NCBI GenBank assembly: GCA_028864975.1 | Contig: JAGWLG010000038.1 | Span: forward strand, 1-33,449 | DNA: 33,449 nucleotides | Source: Thermoplasmata archaeon | GTDB taxonomy: Archaea > Thermoplasmatota > Thermoplasmata > Lutacidiplasmatales > UBA184 | Direction of reading: 5' to 3' | In this document: positions 15,528 through 23,293 of the stretch, in pieces | How the letters are laid out: every line of letters starts with the position of its first letter | Numbering within the stretch: position 1 is the first letter of the stretch | Made by a program: the position numbers and the translations under genes | The notes under the pieces: model-generated | What the model was told of the DNA's origin: nothing | What the model saw: only the letters and a program-made list of their open reading frames with translations | The model's database searches: none

Positions 15528-16502
15528 ATGGCCCAGGCCGCCCACGCCGCAGCCCGTGTCCCCACCTCGGCGATCGACGAGCGCATCGACGGAGCCCTTC
15601 AGCATCTCAGGAATCCCAAGGTCCAGGCGGGGGTCGTTCTAGGCTCGCACGCGCGCCGCGCAATGAGCGAGTTCCTTCATGGTCGGGACTTCGTCGAGAT
15701 CCCGCCCGTGATCGTGGCGCCGGTCACGGACCCCCTCAACCATCCGGTCTCGGACCCTCGCGTCGACTACTACGGCCACGATTTCCAGCTCACCCGCTCG
15801 ATGATCTTCCACAAGCAGCTGGCCACCCTCGCGTTCGAGAAGGTCTTCTGCTTCTCGCCGAACCTGCGCTTCGAGCCGCTGGACCGCAGCGGGACCGGTC
15901 GTCACCTGGTCGAGTTCACGCAGATGGACCTCGAGGTCCGCGACGCGGGACGCGACGACATCATGCGCCTGGTCGAAGAGATGCTCACCTCGGTGGTCAG
16001 CACGGTCCGCTCGCGGGCGGCGCCCATTCTCCAGGAGCTGGGTCGGACGCTGCCGCCGATCTCCTCTCGGCTTCGAAGGGTGCGGTACGAGGACGCGCAG
16101 AAGGAGTTCGGCCCCTCCTTCGAGCTCGAGCTCTCCCGACGCGCGAAGGAGCCCTTCTGGATCATCGACATCCCGCTCCTCGAACGGGAGTTCTACGACC
16201 GCGAGGACCCAAAGCACCCCGGGTTCCTCCTCGACATGGACCTGATCTATCCCGAGGGGTACGGCGAAGCGATCTCGGGGGGAGAGCGGGAGCACGAGCT
16301 GGGCCGCATTCTCGAGCGGATCCGCGCGAAGGGCCAGACCCCCGACGAGTTCCGCTGGTACGTCGAAGCGGCGAGGCAGGGCCTTCCCCCTTCCTGCGGG
16401 TTCGGGATCGGCATCGAGCGGCTCAGCCGGTGGCTGGGAGGGCTACGGACCGTGGAGGAAACGACCCTGTTCCCGAAGCGCATCGGCGCCTGGTCGCTCT
16501 GA
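15528..16502 (+). CDS. asnA: archaeal asparagine synthetase A (AsnRS2/AS-AR; anticodon-domain-less AspRS/AsnRS paralog)
   Basis: PVIVAPVTDPL, LTRSMIFHKQL, FCFSPNLRFE, GRHLVEFTQMDLE, EPFWIIDIP..REFYDRED, DLIYPEGYGEAISGGERE and GFGIGIERL match my recollection of the Pyrococcus enzyme. There is no OB-fold anticodon domain. Confidence 0.92.
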   Translation: MAQAAHAAARVPTSAIDERIDGALQHLRNPKVQAGVVLGSHARRAMSEFLHGRDFVEIPPVIVAPVTDPLNHPVSDPRVDYYGHDFQLTRSMIFHKQLATLAFEKVFCFSPNLRFEPLDRSGTGRHLVEFTQMDLEVRDAGRDDIMRLVEEMLTSVVSTVRSRAAPILQELGRTLPPISSRLRRVRYEDAQKEFGPSFELELSRRAKEPFWIIDIPLLEREFYDREDPKHPGFLLDMDLIYPEGYGEAISGGEREHELGRILERIRAKGQTPDEFRWYVEAARQGLPPSCGFGIGIERLSRWLGGLRTVEETTLFPKRIGAWSL

Positions 16503-16508
16503 GGGGCC

Positions 16509-17534
16509 TCAACGGGAGCGTCGTGGGGTCGAAAGATCGAGGAGCTCAGGGTCCTCGGGCGTCCCTACGACGAACATCCGGTTCGGGTCCGCCCCCCAGG
16601 GAAGGATGGCGAACTGCTTCGTGGGGTCGAGCCCCAACGCCGCTCGATACTCCTTCTGCCAGTGGGGGGTCGCCTCGCGCATCGGGACGCGTCCGTTCTG
16701 CACCCAGGGCCCGCTCGGATCGCGGACCCAGATGACGCCGTGGCCCATCGGCCCGCGTGCCAAGGTCGAAGACGGTTCCCCGAGGGTGGGAGCTCTGCGG
16801 GCCCCCGGCGCGGAAGGAGATCGACCGCGATAGCCCGGGCGGGCAGTAGGGGAGCTCGAGGGAGGGGGAGCTAGCGAGGTCGCCTTCTTGGGCGTGATCG
16901 ATGGTGAAGGAGTGTGCGGCGGCTCCTTCGGAGGGGAAAGTGGAGGGTGGTACCCCCGACGTCCCTGATCTCGCCGCGCGGGACGGACCACGAGGAGGGT
17001 GAGCACAGCGATCGCGACTACGAGCACCGACGTGGCTCCCAGGATGGCCGCCCACCCGATAGGAGGAACGGACAGGCTCGGGCCAGTGCCCCCGCTGGCC
17101 GGTGCGCCCTCGGAGGGGGGGACCGAGGCGGACGCGACATCTATCGTGACCGAGCTCTGCGCGTCGGCCCCTGTGCCGTTGTCGGTCCCGTTCAGGGTCG
17201 CCGTGTAGATCCCCGGGACCTCGTACGTGTGGGTCGCGTGAACGCCATGCCCGGCGCCGTGATCGCCGAAGCCCCAATCGAGGCGGACCCCGTGGCCAGA
17301 GTCGCCCTGCGTGGTGGCCACAAAGCGCACGATGAGCGGGGCCGCGCCCCACGTCACCGAGGCGTTCACCGTCACGTGGAACCCCCCATCACCCGCCCCC
17401 GAAGGACCGGTCGCACCCTGGGCGCCTGGGAGGACCCCGACCAGGAAGGTCCCCAGGGCCAGTGCGAGCAACGGAACGAGCGGCCACCGACCCCCCGAGA
17501 GCGACGAGCGAGCATCCCGCCCGGCGGACGGCAT
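16509..17534 (-). CDS. single-pass membrane protein: signal peptide, one PKD domain, TM, Pro-rich linker, unknown C-terminal domain
   Basis: PKD: NASVTWGAAPLIVRF...WGFGDHGAG...THTYEVPGIYTATL. TM: IGWAAILGATSVLVVAIAVLTLLVV followed by RPARR. The last ~80 aa look globular. Confidence 0.82.
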   Translation of the reverse strand: MPSAGRDARSSLSGGRWPLVPLLALALGTFLVGVLPGAQGATGPSGAGDGGFHVTVNASVTWGAAPLIVRFVATTQGDSGHGVRLDWGFGDHGAGHGVHATHTYEVPGIYTATLNGTDNGTGADAQSSVTIDVASASVPPSEGAPASGGTGPSLSVPPIGWAAILGATSVLVVAIAVLTLLVVRPARRDQGRRGYHPPLSPPKEPPHTPSPSITPKKATSLAPPPSSSPTARPGYRGRSPSAPGARRAPTLGEPSSTLARGPMGHGVIWVRDPSGPWVQNGRVPMREATPHWQKEYRAALGLDPTKQFAILPWGADPNRMFVVGTPEDPELLDLSTPRRSR

Positions 17535-17557
17535 GTCGCTCTCACCGTCCCTCTCCC

Positions 17558-17563
17558 CTTAAA
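17558..17563 (-). promoter_or_regulatory. putative TATA box (TTTAAG)
   Basis: TTTAAG on the minus strand 24 nt upstream of ATG 17534, compatible with a leaderless transcript. Confidence 0.6.
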
Positions 17564-17621
17564 CTGGCCGTCGGACGGGGCGGTCAGGACCGGAATCCGG
17601 ACGGTGGCCCAGGCCTCGCGC

Positions 17622-18233
17622 CTAGAGCGTAACGGAACCCGTGACCAAGGACCCGTTGGTCCCGTAGATCGAGATTGTCGCCTGGACCAGCTGCACATGG
17701 CCCGACGCCAGCACGACCAGCGTCTCGCCTCCCGTAAGGATGGTCGGGTAGTCCGAGGGGGTAGCGTTCCATTGATGCCAGCCCGCGGCATCGAAATACG
17801 CCAGCTGAGCCGCGCCCCCCGGGGCGATGAGCAGCGCGGTCCATCCAGAGGTCGGCGGAACGACGCCACAAGCGCTTTCGCCCCGCATCCCTGCGGTCCC
17901 CGCGGGAGTCGCGCTCGTGCTCCCAGGCTCGGTCAGCGCTAGGCCGAGGTTCGCGGTCGTAAGGGAGCGCGTCGTGCCACCGATGGTGATGTTGTAAGCG
18001 GTGGCCCCATCGCAGGTCCATCCCACCGTGGTGGTCATCGTGACGGCGCTCGTGATGGGGCAGTCGCATCTCACGGGGGTCGCGAACAGCCACAGCGAGG
18101 CGACAAGGCCGAAGAGAAGGACCACCCCCACCGAGACCAAGAGCACGACTCCCCAGAGGAAGCGGTAGGGGGACCCCCTCGGGAGAGGGGGTGCGGCCTC
18201 TCGGTAGGTCCACTCTGGAGGGAGCTCGGTCAT
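17622..18233 (-). CDS. N-terminally anchored exported beta-rich protein, possibly archaeal pilin-like
   Basis: ATG 18233 (MTELPPEW), one long hydrophobic helix, then a Thr/Gly-rich beta domain with 4 Cys ending GGETLVVLASG...ATISIYGTNGSLVTGSVTL. The pilin resemblance is by eye, and the class III cleavage motif is not canonical. Confidence 0.65.
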   Translation of the reverse strand: MTELPPEWTYREAAPPLPRGSPYRFLWGVVLLVSVGVVLLFGLVASLWLFATPVRCDCPITSAVTMTTTVGWTCDGATAYNITIGGTTRSLTTANLGLALTEPGSTSATPAGTAGMRGESACGVVPPTSGWTALLIAPGGAAQLAYFDAAGWHQWNATPSDYPTILTGGETLVVLASGHVQLVQATISIYGTNGSLVTGSVTL

Positions 18234-18312
18234 CGTGCTGTCGGACCTTCTCCCCCCACGTGCTGCCCGTTCTGCCCCGTTCCCTCTGACGACCGTGGTC
18301 CGCGGGGATTCC

Positions 18313-18639
18313 TCAGACGGGGGGCAGCACGGAAGCCAAGAAGGGGAATGCTTCAAGTCCTAGCACCATGCCCACGAGCGTTCCCACGGTCGCGGCGGGT
18401 GTCGCTGGATCCGGCCGCAAGGCCCTCCGATATCGCGTCTGCCGGGAGAGGCGCGGCGCGCGGGCTCCCCATTCCCAGCACAGGGTCCGCATGAGCCCCT
18501 TCTCCCACGCCAGATAGAGTACCAGGAGCAGGGAGAAGAAGAGCCCCCTAGGGCCTAGCCACCCAACGAGGACGAGCACCACGGTGACCCCGAGGCTCCC
18601 CCAGAGAAGCCCCCGACCCAGACGACTCGCAACGGACAT
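18313..18639 (-). CDS. small membrane protein (hypothetical)
   Basis: 108 aa with 2-3 hydrophobic segments (LLWGSLGVTVVLVLVGWL, LFFSLLLVLYLAW, VGTLVGMVLGLEAFPFL). ATG at 18639. Confidence 0.55.
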   Translation of the reverse strand: MSVASRLGRGLLWGSLGVTVVLVLVGWLGPRGLFFSLLLVLYLAWEKGLMRTLCWEWGARAPRLSRQTRYRRALRPDPATPAATVGTLVGMVLGLEAFPFLASVLPPV

Positions 18640-19073
18640 GGCCCTTCACGACCCGACGAGGGGGTCAAGTCCTACTTCAATGCGCACACCCACGTATCGA
18701 CATGCAGCGACAATCCCATCGATGCATGCCGACTCACGGCCGCGTTACCCCCTCCTCGACGACCCGAGGCTAGCCCCACGACCGGCGCGGCATCTTCTCG
18801 GATGGTCGAGAGGGGTACCGGCGCCGGCCAAGGTCCACACCGGGTCGGCAGAGGTGAGAGCGTGGCGCTCGCGAGGACCGATAGGCCATGAGCCTCAGAA
18901 GGGCGCCGGTCCCCCCACTCAGGGGTGGCGGATGGCGCCGTGAAGCTGCCGTGTGGTTCGCGGCCTCCCTCCAGCTCTTTGCCTCCCCGCCGAAGGAACG
19001 ACCGCACCCTCAGTCGCTTCGATCGGGGCCGGGCTCGGCTGTCATGATCCAGCATCGAGGCCGCTGACCGACT

Positions 19074-19109
19074 CCGACATGAAGCCTGTCGGCACGCGTG
19101 CGAGCGTGC
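19074..19109 (-). terminator. two adjacent hairpins downstream of the tes stop
   Basis: CCGACA-N7-TGTCGG (19074-19092) and GCACGC-N6-GCGTGC (19092-19109), starting ~15 nt after the tes stop. Confidence 0.35.
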
Positions 19110-19124
19110 TGGGGCGGGAGCAGT

Positions 19125-20834
19125 CTACGCCGCGCTCATCCCGGGCTGCCCCTTGAGCGCCCGGATACGGTAGTACTCAGCGTCGACGATGACCTCGCCG
19201 TTGACCCCCATGGTCTCCAGCGACTTCGCCTTCACCTTGTCCATCCCCTTCTGCTTCTGGAAGTCCCCGACCGGGATGGAGAACTTCTGCTCCACCTCCG
19301 TCCGGTAGATCGGGCCCGAGTTGTACGAGCAGAACGGGATGATCCGCCCGTCGGGGACCGAGTAGTGGATGTCGCAGCGCATCAGGCGCTGGATGTCGTA
19401 GTCGTAGGCGTCCTGGAAGTGCATGTTGCCGATGTAGAGCGCCCTCCAGGCGAACTTCCCGACGGCGTCCTTTGACCCTTCGGTGAAGATGCCCGCGATG
19501 ACCTTCACGACGTTCTTCTCGTTGATCCCTTCCGGGGCCTTCGAGAAGTCGAAGTACTTCGACACGTTGTGCATGAGCTGCGCCCCCGCGATCGCGCTGC
19601 GGACGCGCGCGAAGCGTGCCTCGCGGTACTTCTCGATGAGCTGCTCGACGTTCTCGAAGAACCCGTCGACGTCCATGAACCGCGTGAGCGGGGTGATCCT
19701 CCGCTGGGAGTCCACGAACGCGAAGGTGGCGCAACCACATCCGGGGTGCGTGGTGAGCGTCATCTTCTCCTCGCCATGGATGATCGAGACCAGCTCCGAG
19801 ATCGGGGCAACGGACGGGACCGGGAAGAAGTCGGACTTCTCGAAGGGCCCCTCGTTGCAGAGGATCCGGACCAGGTCGCTCTGGGTGAACCGCATCGCGA
19901 AGCGGTCCTTGTCCGGGATACGGGCCGTGAGCGCGACCGGCTGGAAGTTGACCCCCCGGACCACGTCCAGGTTGTCCAGCGCGAAGTCGATCGTGGGCAT
20001 GATCTGGTTCTCGTTGAACCCGCCGACGAGCGTCGGGACGAGCACGACGGAGAGCGGCTTGTCGGGCTTGCCCGCGTCCAGCTCATCCTGGGGCGAGTGG
20101 GTGCGGCGCGCGTTCTCGATGGCGCGCTGCTTCACCTTGAGCAGCGGGACGCCGCGCACCTTGCGGTAGATCTCGTCGTCGAGGCCATCGAACTGCAGGT
20201 AGAGGGTGTGCAGGTGGTTGTTGCGGGACGCCTGAGCGAAGCCGGGTTCGTTCGCCATCCGGATCCCGTTCGTCGCCACCTGGATCTGCTTGAACCCCAG
20301 CTGGTAGGCCATGTTGCAGGCGTCCAGGAAGAGCGGGGAGAGCGTGGGCTCTCCGCCCGAGAACTGGACCGCGACGGCCCCCACGGGCTTTTGCTCGCGG
20401 AGCGTCTTCAGCATGAAGTAGATCTGCTCGCGGGAGGGTTCGTACACGTACCCCGCGGCGTTCGCGTTCGCGAAACAGACCGGGCACTTCAGATTGCAGC
20501 GGTTCGTCAGGTCCATCAGGGCGAGCCCCGTGTGGGACTTGTGGTGCGTGCACATCCCGCAGGTGTCGGGGCACCCCTTGAACTTGTCATAGTAGGGGTT
20601 CTCGTAGCCGACCCCGTCGTGGGCGTAGACCTCCATCCGGAGGTAGAAGTCGACATCGTTGGAGATGACGTCCCAGAAGTACCCGTGCGTCCGGCAGGTC
20701 TTCTCCATGACGACCCGTCCTTCCTTCTCGCGCACGACGGCTGGGATGACCTTGATGCACTCCGGGCAGACGGAGGCGGTCTTTCGGGGGAGTCCACGGG
20801 GGGCCTGGAATTCCTTCATCACGCGGGCGGGCAT
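19125..20834 (-). CDS. tes: tetraether lipid synthase (Tes/GDGT-MAS, MJ0619-type radical SAM)
   Basis: N-terminal rubredoxin-like CPEC...CRTH, auxiliary cluster GCPDTCGMC and radical SAM LTNRCNLKCPVCFANA. Also QFSGGEPT, QVATNG, YLQFDG, VVLVPTL, VRGVNFQPV, FFPVPSVAP, HPGCG and MHFQDAYDYDIQRLMRCDIHY..PDGRIIPFC. Confidence 0.94.
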   Translation of the reverse strand: MPARVMKEFQAPRGLPRKTASVCPECIKVIPAVVREKEGRVVMEKTCRTHGYFWDVISNDVDFYLRMEVYAHDGVGYENPYYDKFKGCPDTCGMCTHHKSHTGLALMDLTNRCNLKCPVCFANANAAGYVYEPSREQIYFMLKTLREQKPVGAVAVQFSGGEPTLSPLFLDACNMAYQLGFKQIQVATNGIRMANEPGFAQASRNNHLHTLYLQFDGLDDEIYRKVRGVPLLKVKQRAIENARRTHSPQDELDAGKPDKPLSVVLVPTLVGGFNENQIMPTIDFALDNLDVVRGVNFQPVALTARIPDKDRFAMRFTQSDLVRILCNEGPFEKSDFFPVPSVAPISELVSIIHGEEKMTLTTHPGCGCATFAFVDSQRRITPLTRFMDVDGFFENVEQLIEKYREARFARVRSAIAGAQLMHNVSKYFDFSKAPEGINEKNVVKVIAGIFTEGSKDAVGKFAWRALYIGNMHFQDAYDYDIQRLMRCDIHYSVPDGRIIPFCSYNSGPIYRTEVEQKFSIPVGDFQKQKGMDKVKAKSLETMGVNGEVIVDAEYYRIRALKGQPGMSAA

Positions 20835-21041
20835 GTTCTTCCTTCCTTCGTGAGGCTCGGCTTGGGGCCGACCTTGTCCTCCCCCACCTCCGCCCTACCT
20901 CTTAACGCCCTTGTCGCGAAGGCAGCGACAGGTAAGGGGGGGTGTGAGGCACCCGCACGGGTGAGGTTCTGGTCCGGGAGGACCCTCGACCCCGTTCGCC
21001 TTAAGGCCCTTCCAGGTGCTCCCCCAAGCTCTCAAGGGATT

Positions 21042-21539
21042 ATGCCGAAGAACCGAAAGCGCTCCACCGCCGCCCCTGCCGCGAGAGCCAACCCCCCCTC
21101 TGCGAGTGGAAAGACGCGGCCCGCGACCCCTCCGACCGCGGCGAAGGCCCTCGTGCGGGTATCGGCGCCCCCCATGGCCCCTTCCCCCTCCCCCTCCTCA
21201 ACCCCGGGAACCCCCCTCTTGCGACTGGAGAAACCGTTCGACGTGGACGAGTTCTGTCAGCAGCTCGGAGAGACCCGCATCACGGCGACGGTCCCCCGCG
21301 AGAGCCTTCACGAGGTGCTGAAGCGCATCGTGGAGTTCATGGAGTTCGGGATCTACGTCTACGCGGTCGTGGTCCTCCCCGGGCCCTCCCCCACCCTGGA
21401 GAAGTTCACGCTCCAGCTCGACCGGATCGACTTCGACGTGCGGCGCAAAGGTTGGACCCCCTTCCAGGAGAAGGGGCGCTCGACCTCGCCGTTCGGGCCC
21501 GGGGACACCGGGTCGTCCAGCACCCCGCCGCACCCCTGA
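21042..21539 (+). CDS. hypothetical protein: low-complexity N-terminus plus ~80-aa alpha/beta domain
   Basis: ATG 21042 (alternative ATG 21174) with TTAAG at 21001-21005 upstream. Globular core LLRLEKPFDVDEFCQQLGETRITATVPRESLHEVLKRIVEFMEFGIYVYAVVV...FTLQLDRIDFD. Confidence 0.7.
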   Translation: MPKNRKRSTAAPAARANPPSASGKTRPATPPTAAKALVRVSAPPMAPSPSPSSTPGTPLLRLEKPFDVDEFCQQLGETRITATVPRESLHEVLKRIVEFMEFGIYVYAVVVLPGPSPTLEKFTLQLDRIDFDVRRKGWTPFQEKGRSTSPFGPGDTGSSSTPPHP

Positions 21540-21553
21540 AGTACCTCGACCTT

Positions 21554-21808
21554 GTGACCCTGTACCCTCGAGGCAGCCACACCTTGACCGACGATCACTG
21601 GACCGAACTCTCGGTGCGTCTGGAGGACCTCAAGCGTCAGGTGGAGACGCTCCGAGGTCAGCAGGAGGCGCTCGTGGAGAGCATCAACGAGCTCACCAAG
21701 ACCTTCCGCGCCCTTGCGGTCCACCTGGGGATCGCGACGGACACCTATCGGCCATCTTCGAGCTCCTCGGGCTCTCGCAGGAGCGAACCCCCTCCTGGTT
21801 TCGGTTGA
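21554..21808 (+). CDS. small coiled-coil protein (hypothetical)
   Basis: GTG 21554 or TTG 21584 start just after the upstream stop. Heptad pattern LSVRLEDLKRQVETLRGQQEALVESINELTKTFRAL; ends PPPGFG. Confidence 0.65.
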   Translation: MTLYPRGSHTLTDDHWTELSVRLEDLKRQVETLRGQQEALVESINELTKTFRALAVHLGIATDTYRPSSSSSGSRRSEPPPGFG

Positions 21809-21900
21809 ACGCTCGCCCTCTTGCAGGGGAGGTGGCCCCACGGACGTGGTTTCCACCAAATCGCGAGGTTCAAGTATGGGAACCATAGATTTCCCTGCGG

Positions 21901-22458
21901 GTGGAATCCTTGCGTATCGGAATGGTGATCGCCGGAGTCGTCCTCGTCGTGATCGGAGCCCTGCTCTCGTTCGTGGTCATCACGGGCGTGCTACCATCGA
22001 CCGCCGTCCCGGCGAACGAGGCCCTCGTGATCACCCCCAAGAGCCTGGGGCTGCCGGCCCCGCTCACCATCCAGTGGTCCGGCGGCTCCTCCGCCACCTC
22101 GGTCCAGCTCTATGACTGTGGGACCACGACGCCCAGCAGCGGTGCGACGGGCGCCTGCGCCAGCTCCGCTATGCTGTCGGGGTCGGGAGGGAGCGGCACG
22201 TTCAACTTCATGGTGAGCGCGGGACACGTCTACGAGGTCATCCCCACGACCTCCGTCAACGTGACCGCGAACGGGGCCATCCCCCTCATCGGCATCCCCC
22301 TGTTCTTCATCGGGATCATCGTCCTGATCATCGGCGCGGTCCGGAAGAAGAAGCAGAAGCCCAGCGCAGCCCCACCCCAAGCGTGGCAGGGCGCGCCAGG
22401 GCAGGCGCCTCCCCAGGCTGGCGCCCCCGGATACCAGCAACCTCCCCCACAACGCTAA
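21901..22458 (+). CDS. two-TM membrane protein with extracellular Cys-pair beta domain and Q/P-rich tail (paralog A)
   Basis: N-terminal TM (MVIAGVVLVVIGALLSFVVI), beta domain IQWSGG...VQLYDCG...GAC...SGSGGSGTF, C-terminal TM (LIGIPLFFIGIIVLIIGAV), then RKKKQK. Confidence 0.8.
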   Translation: MESLRIGMVIAGVVLVVIGALLSFVVITGVLPSTAVPANEALVITPKSLGLPAPLTIQWSGGSSATSVQLYDCGTTTPSSGATGACASSAMLSGSGGSGTFNFMVSAGHVYEVIPTTSVNVTANGAIPLIGIPLFFIGIIVLIIGAVRKKKQKPSAAPPQAWQGAPGQAPPQAGAPGYQQPPPQR

Positions 22459-22480
22459 GCCCGAGGCCTTCGCGACGCGG

Positions 22481-22507
22481 CGAGCTGGGGCCTGGCGCCC
22501 CAGCTCG
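22481..22507. terminator. perfect 11-bp hairpin between the tandem paralogs
   Basis: CGAGCTGGGGC-CTGGC-GCCCCAGCTCG, 22 nt after the stop at 22458. Confidence 0.5.
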
Positions 22508-22600
22508 TCAACCACTTCGCTCCATGGTCTTCGGACGAAGCCGAAGGCTCGACCCAAGCATTACGTAGGAATCGGGGATTCCCCCCCTTCAGGTCGGGGC

Positions 22601-23197
22601 ATGCGTCGAGGGGTCCTGGCCGTCGGCGCCGTTCTGGTCGCCCTAGGGCTCTTGTTCACCTTCGTCCCCCTCTTCGTCCCCTCCGGAGGCGCCCAGTTCG
22701 GCGCGGCCATGGTGCAGTCGCGGACGATGCTGTTCGAGGCCCGCTACGCGTTCACGTGGACCGAAGGTGGTGCGGCGGACTACGTCGCAGCATACGGCTG
22801 CGGGGAGAAGGCGCCCTCGACCCTCAACTCGTCCACAGGTCCTTCAACGGTGTGCGGAGGCCAGGTCCTGCTCGCCCATGCCTCCGGCGCCTCCGGGACC
22901 ATCGCGTGCAGCGTCCCGAACGCCCAGTGGGTCCTGGTGGTGGCCTTCACGAACGCGTCCGGTTCGATCGATGGCGCGGCCAAGATCTCCGCGACCGCGA
23001 GCCAGGGCCTGATCGGGGTCCCTCTGCTCTTTCTCGGAGCGATCTTTGTCGCGCTCGGAGCGATCTTGTCCCGTCGCGGCCCCCGACCCGCCCCCGAGTC
23101 GACCTTCTTCGCGCCGGGGCCGGGAGCCGGATCCGGGCCCGAGGAGCCCTTGTCGGAGGGGCCGTCCCGTTCGAAGGTGTCAGTCAAACGGTCGTAG
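22601..23197 (+). CDS. two-TM membrane protein, paralog B of 21901-22458
   Basis: Same layout: TM, FTWTEGG...VAAYGCG...TVC...ASGASGTI, then TM LIGVPLLFLGAIFVALGAIL and a basic/Pro tail. Confidence 0.8.
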   Translation: MRRGVLAVGAVLVALGLLFTFVPLFVPSGGAQFGAAMVQSRTMLFEARYAFTWTEGGAADYVAAYGCGEKAPSTLNSSTGPSTVCGGQVLLAHASGASGTIACSVPNAQWVLVVAFTNASGSIDGAAKISATASQGLIGVPLLFLGAIFVALGAILSRRGPRPAPESTFFAPGPGAGSGPEEPLSEGPSRSKVSVKRS

Positions 23198-23293
23198 GGG
23201 GACGACCACGCCCTCCACGACCTTCCTCGGGAGCCCCCCCGCGATGGTCTAAAGAGTTCGAGAGCTCGTGCTCCTCGCGTCGCGAGGGTTCGT

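Noticed and set aside
18640-19124. tRNA, SRP RNA or RNase P RNA in the long intergenic gap
   Set aside because: No cloverleaf with T-loop GTTCRA, no SRP helix-8 motif and no RNase P conserved ends were recognised by eye.
19375-19385. RCDIH instead of RCCIH in the Tes C-terminal region
   Set aside because: One Cys is retained and, as I recall, the second position varies among Tes homologs. It is not evidence of altered function.
19569-21041. Upstream part of the 656-aa plus-strand ORF 19569-21539
   Set aside because: It is antisense to tes. Only the portion from ATG 21042 looks like a real protein.
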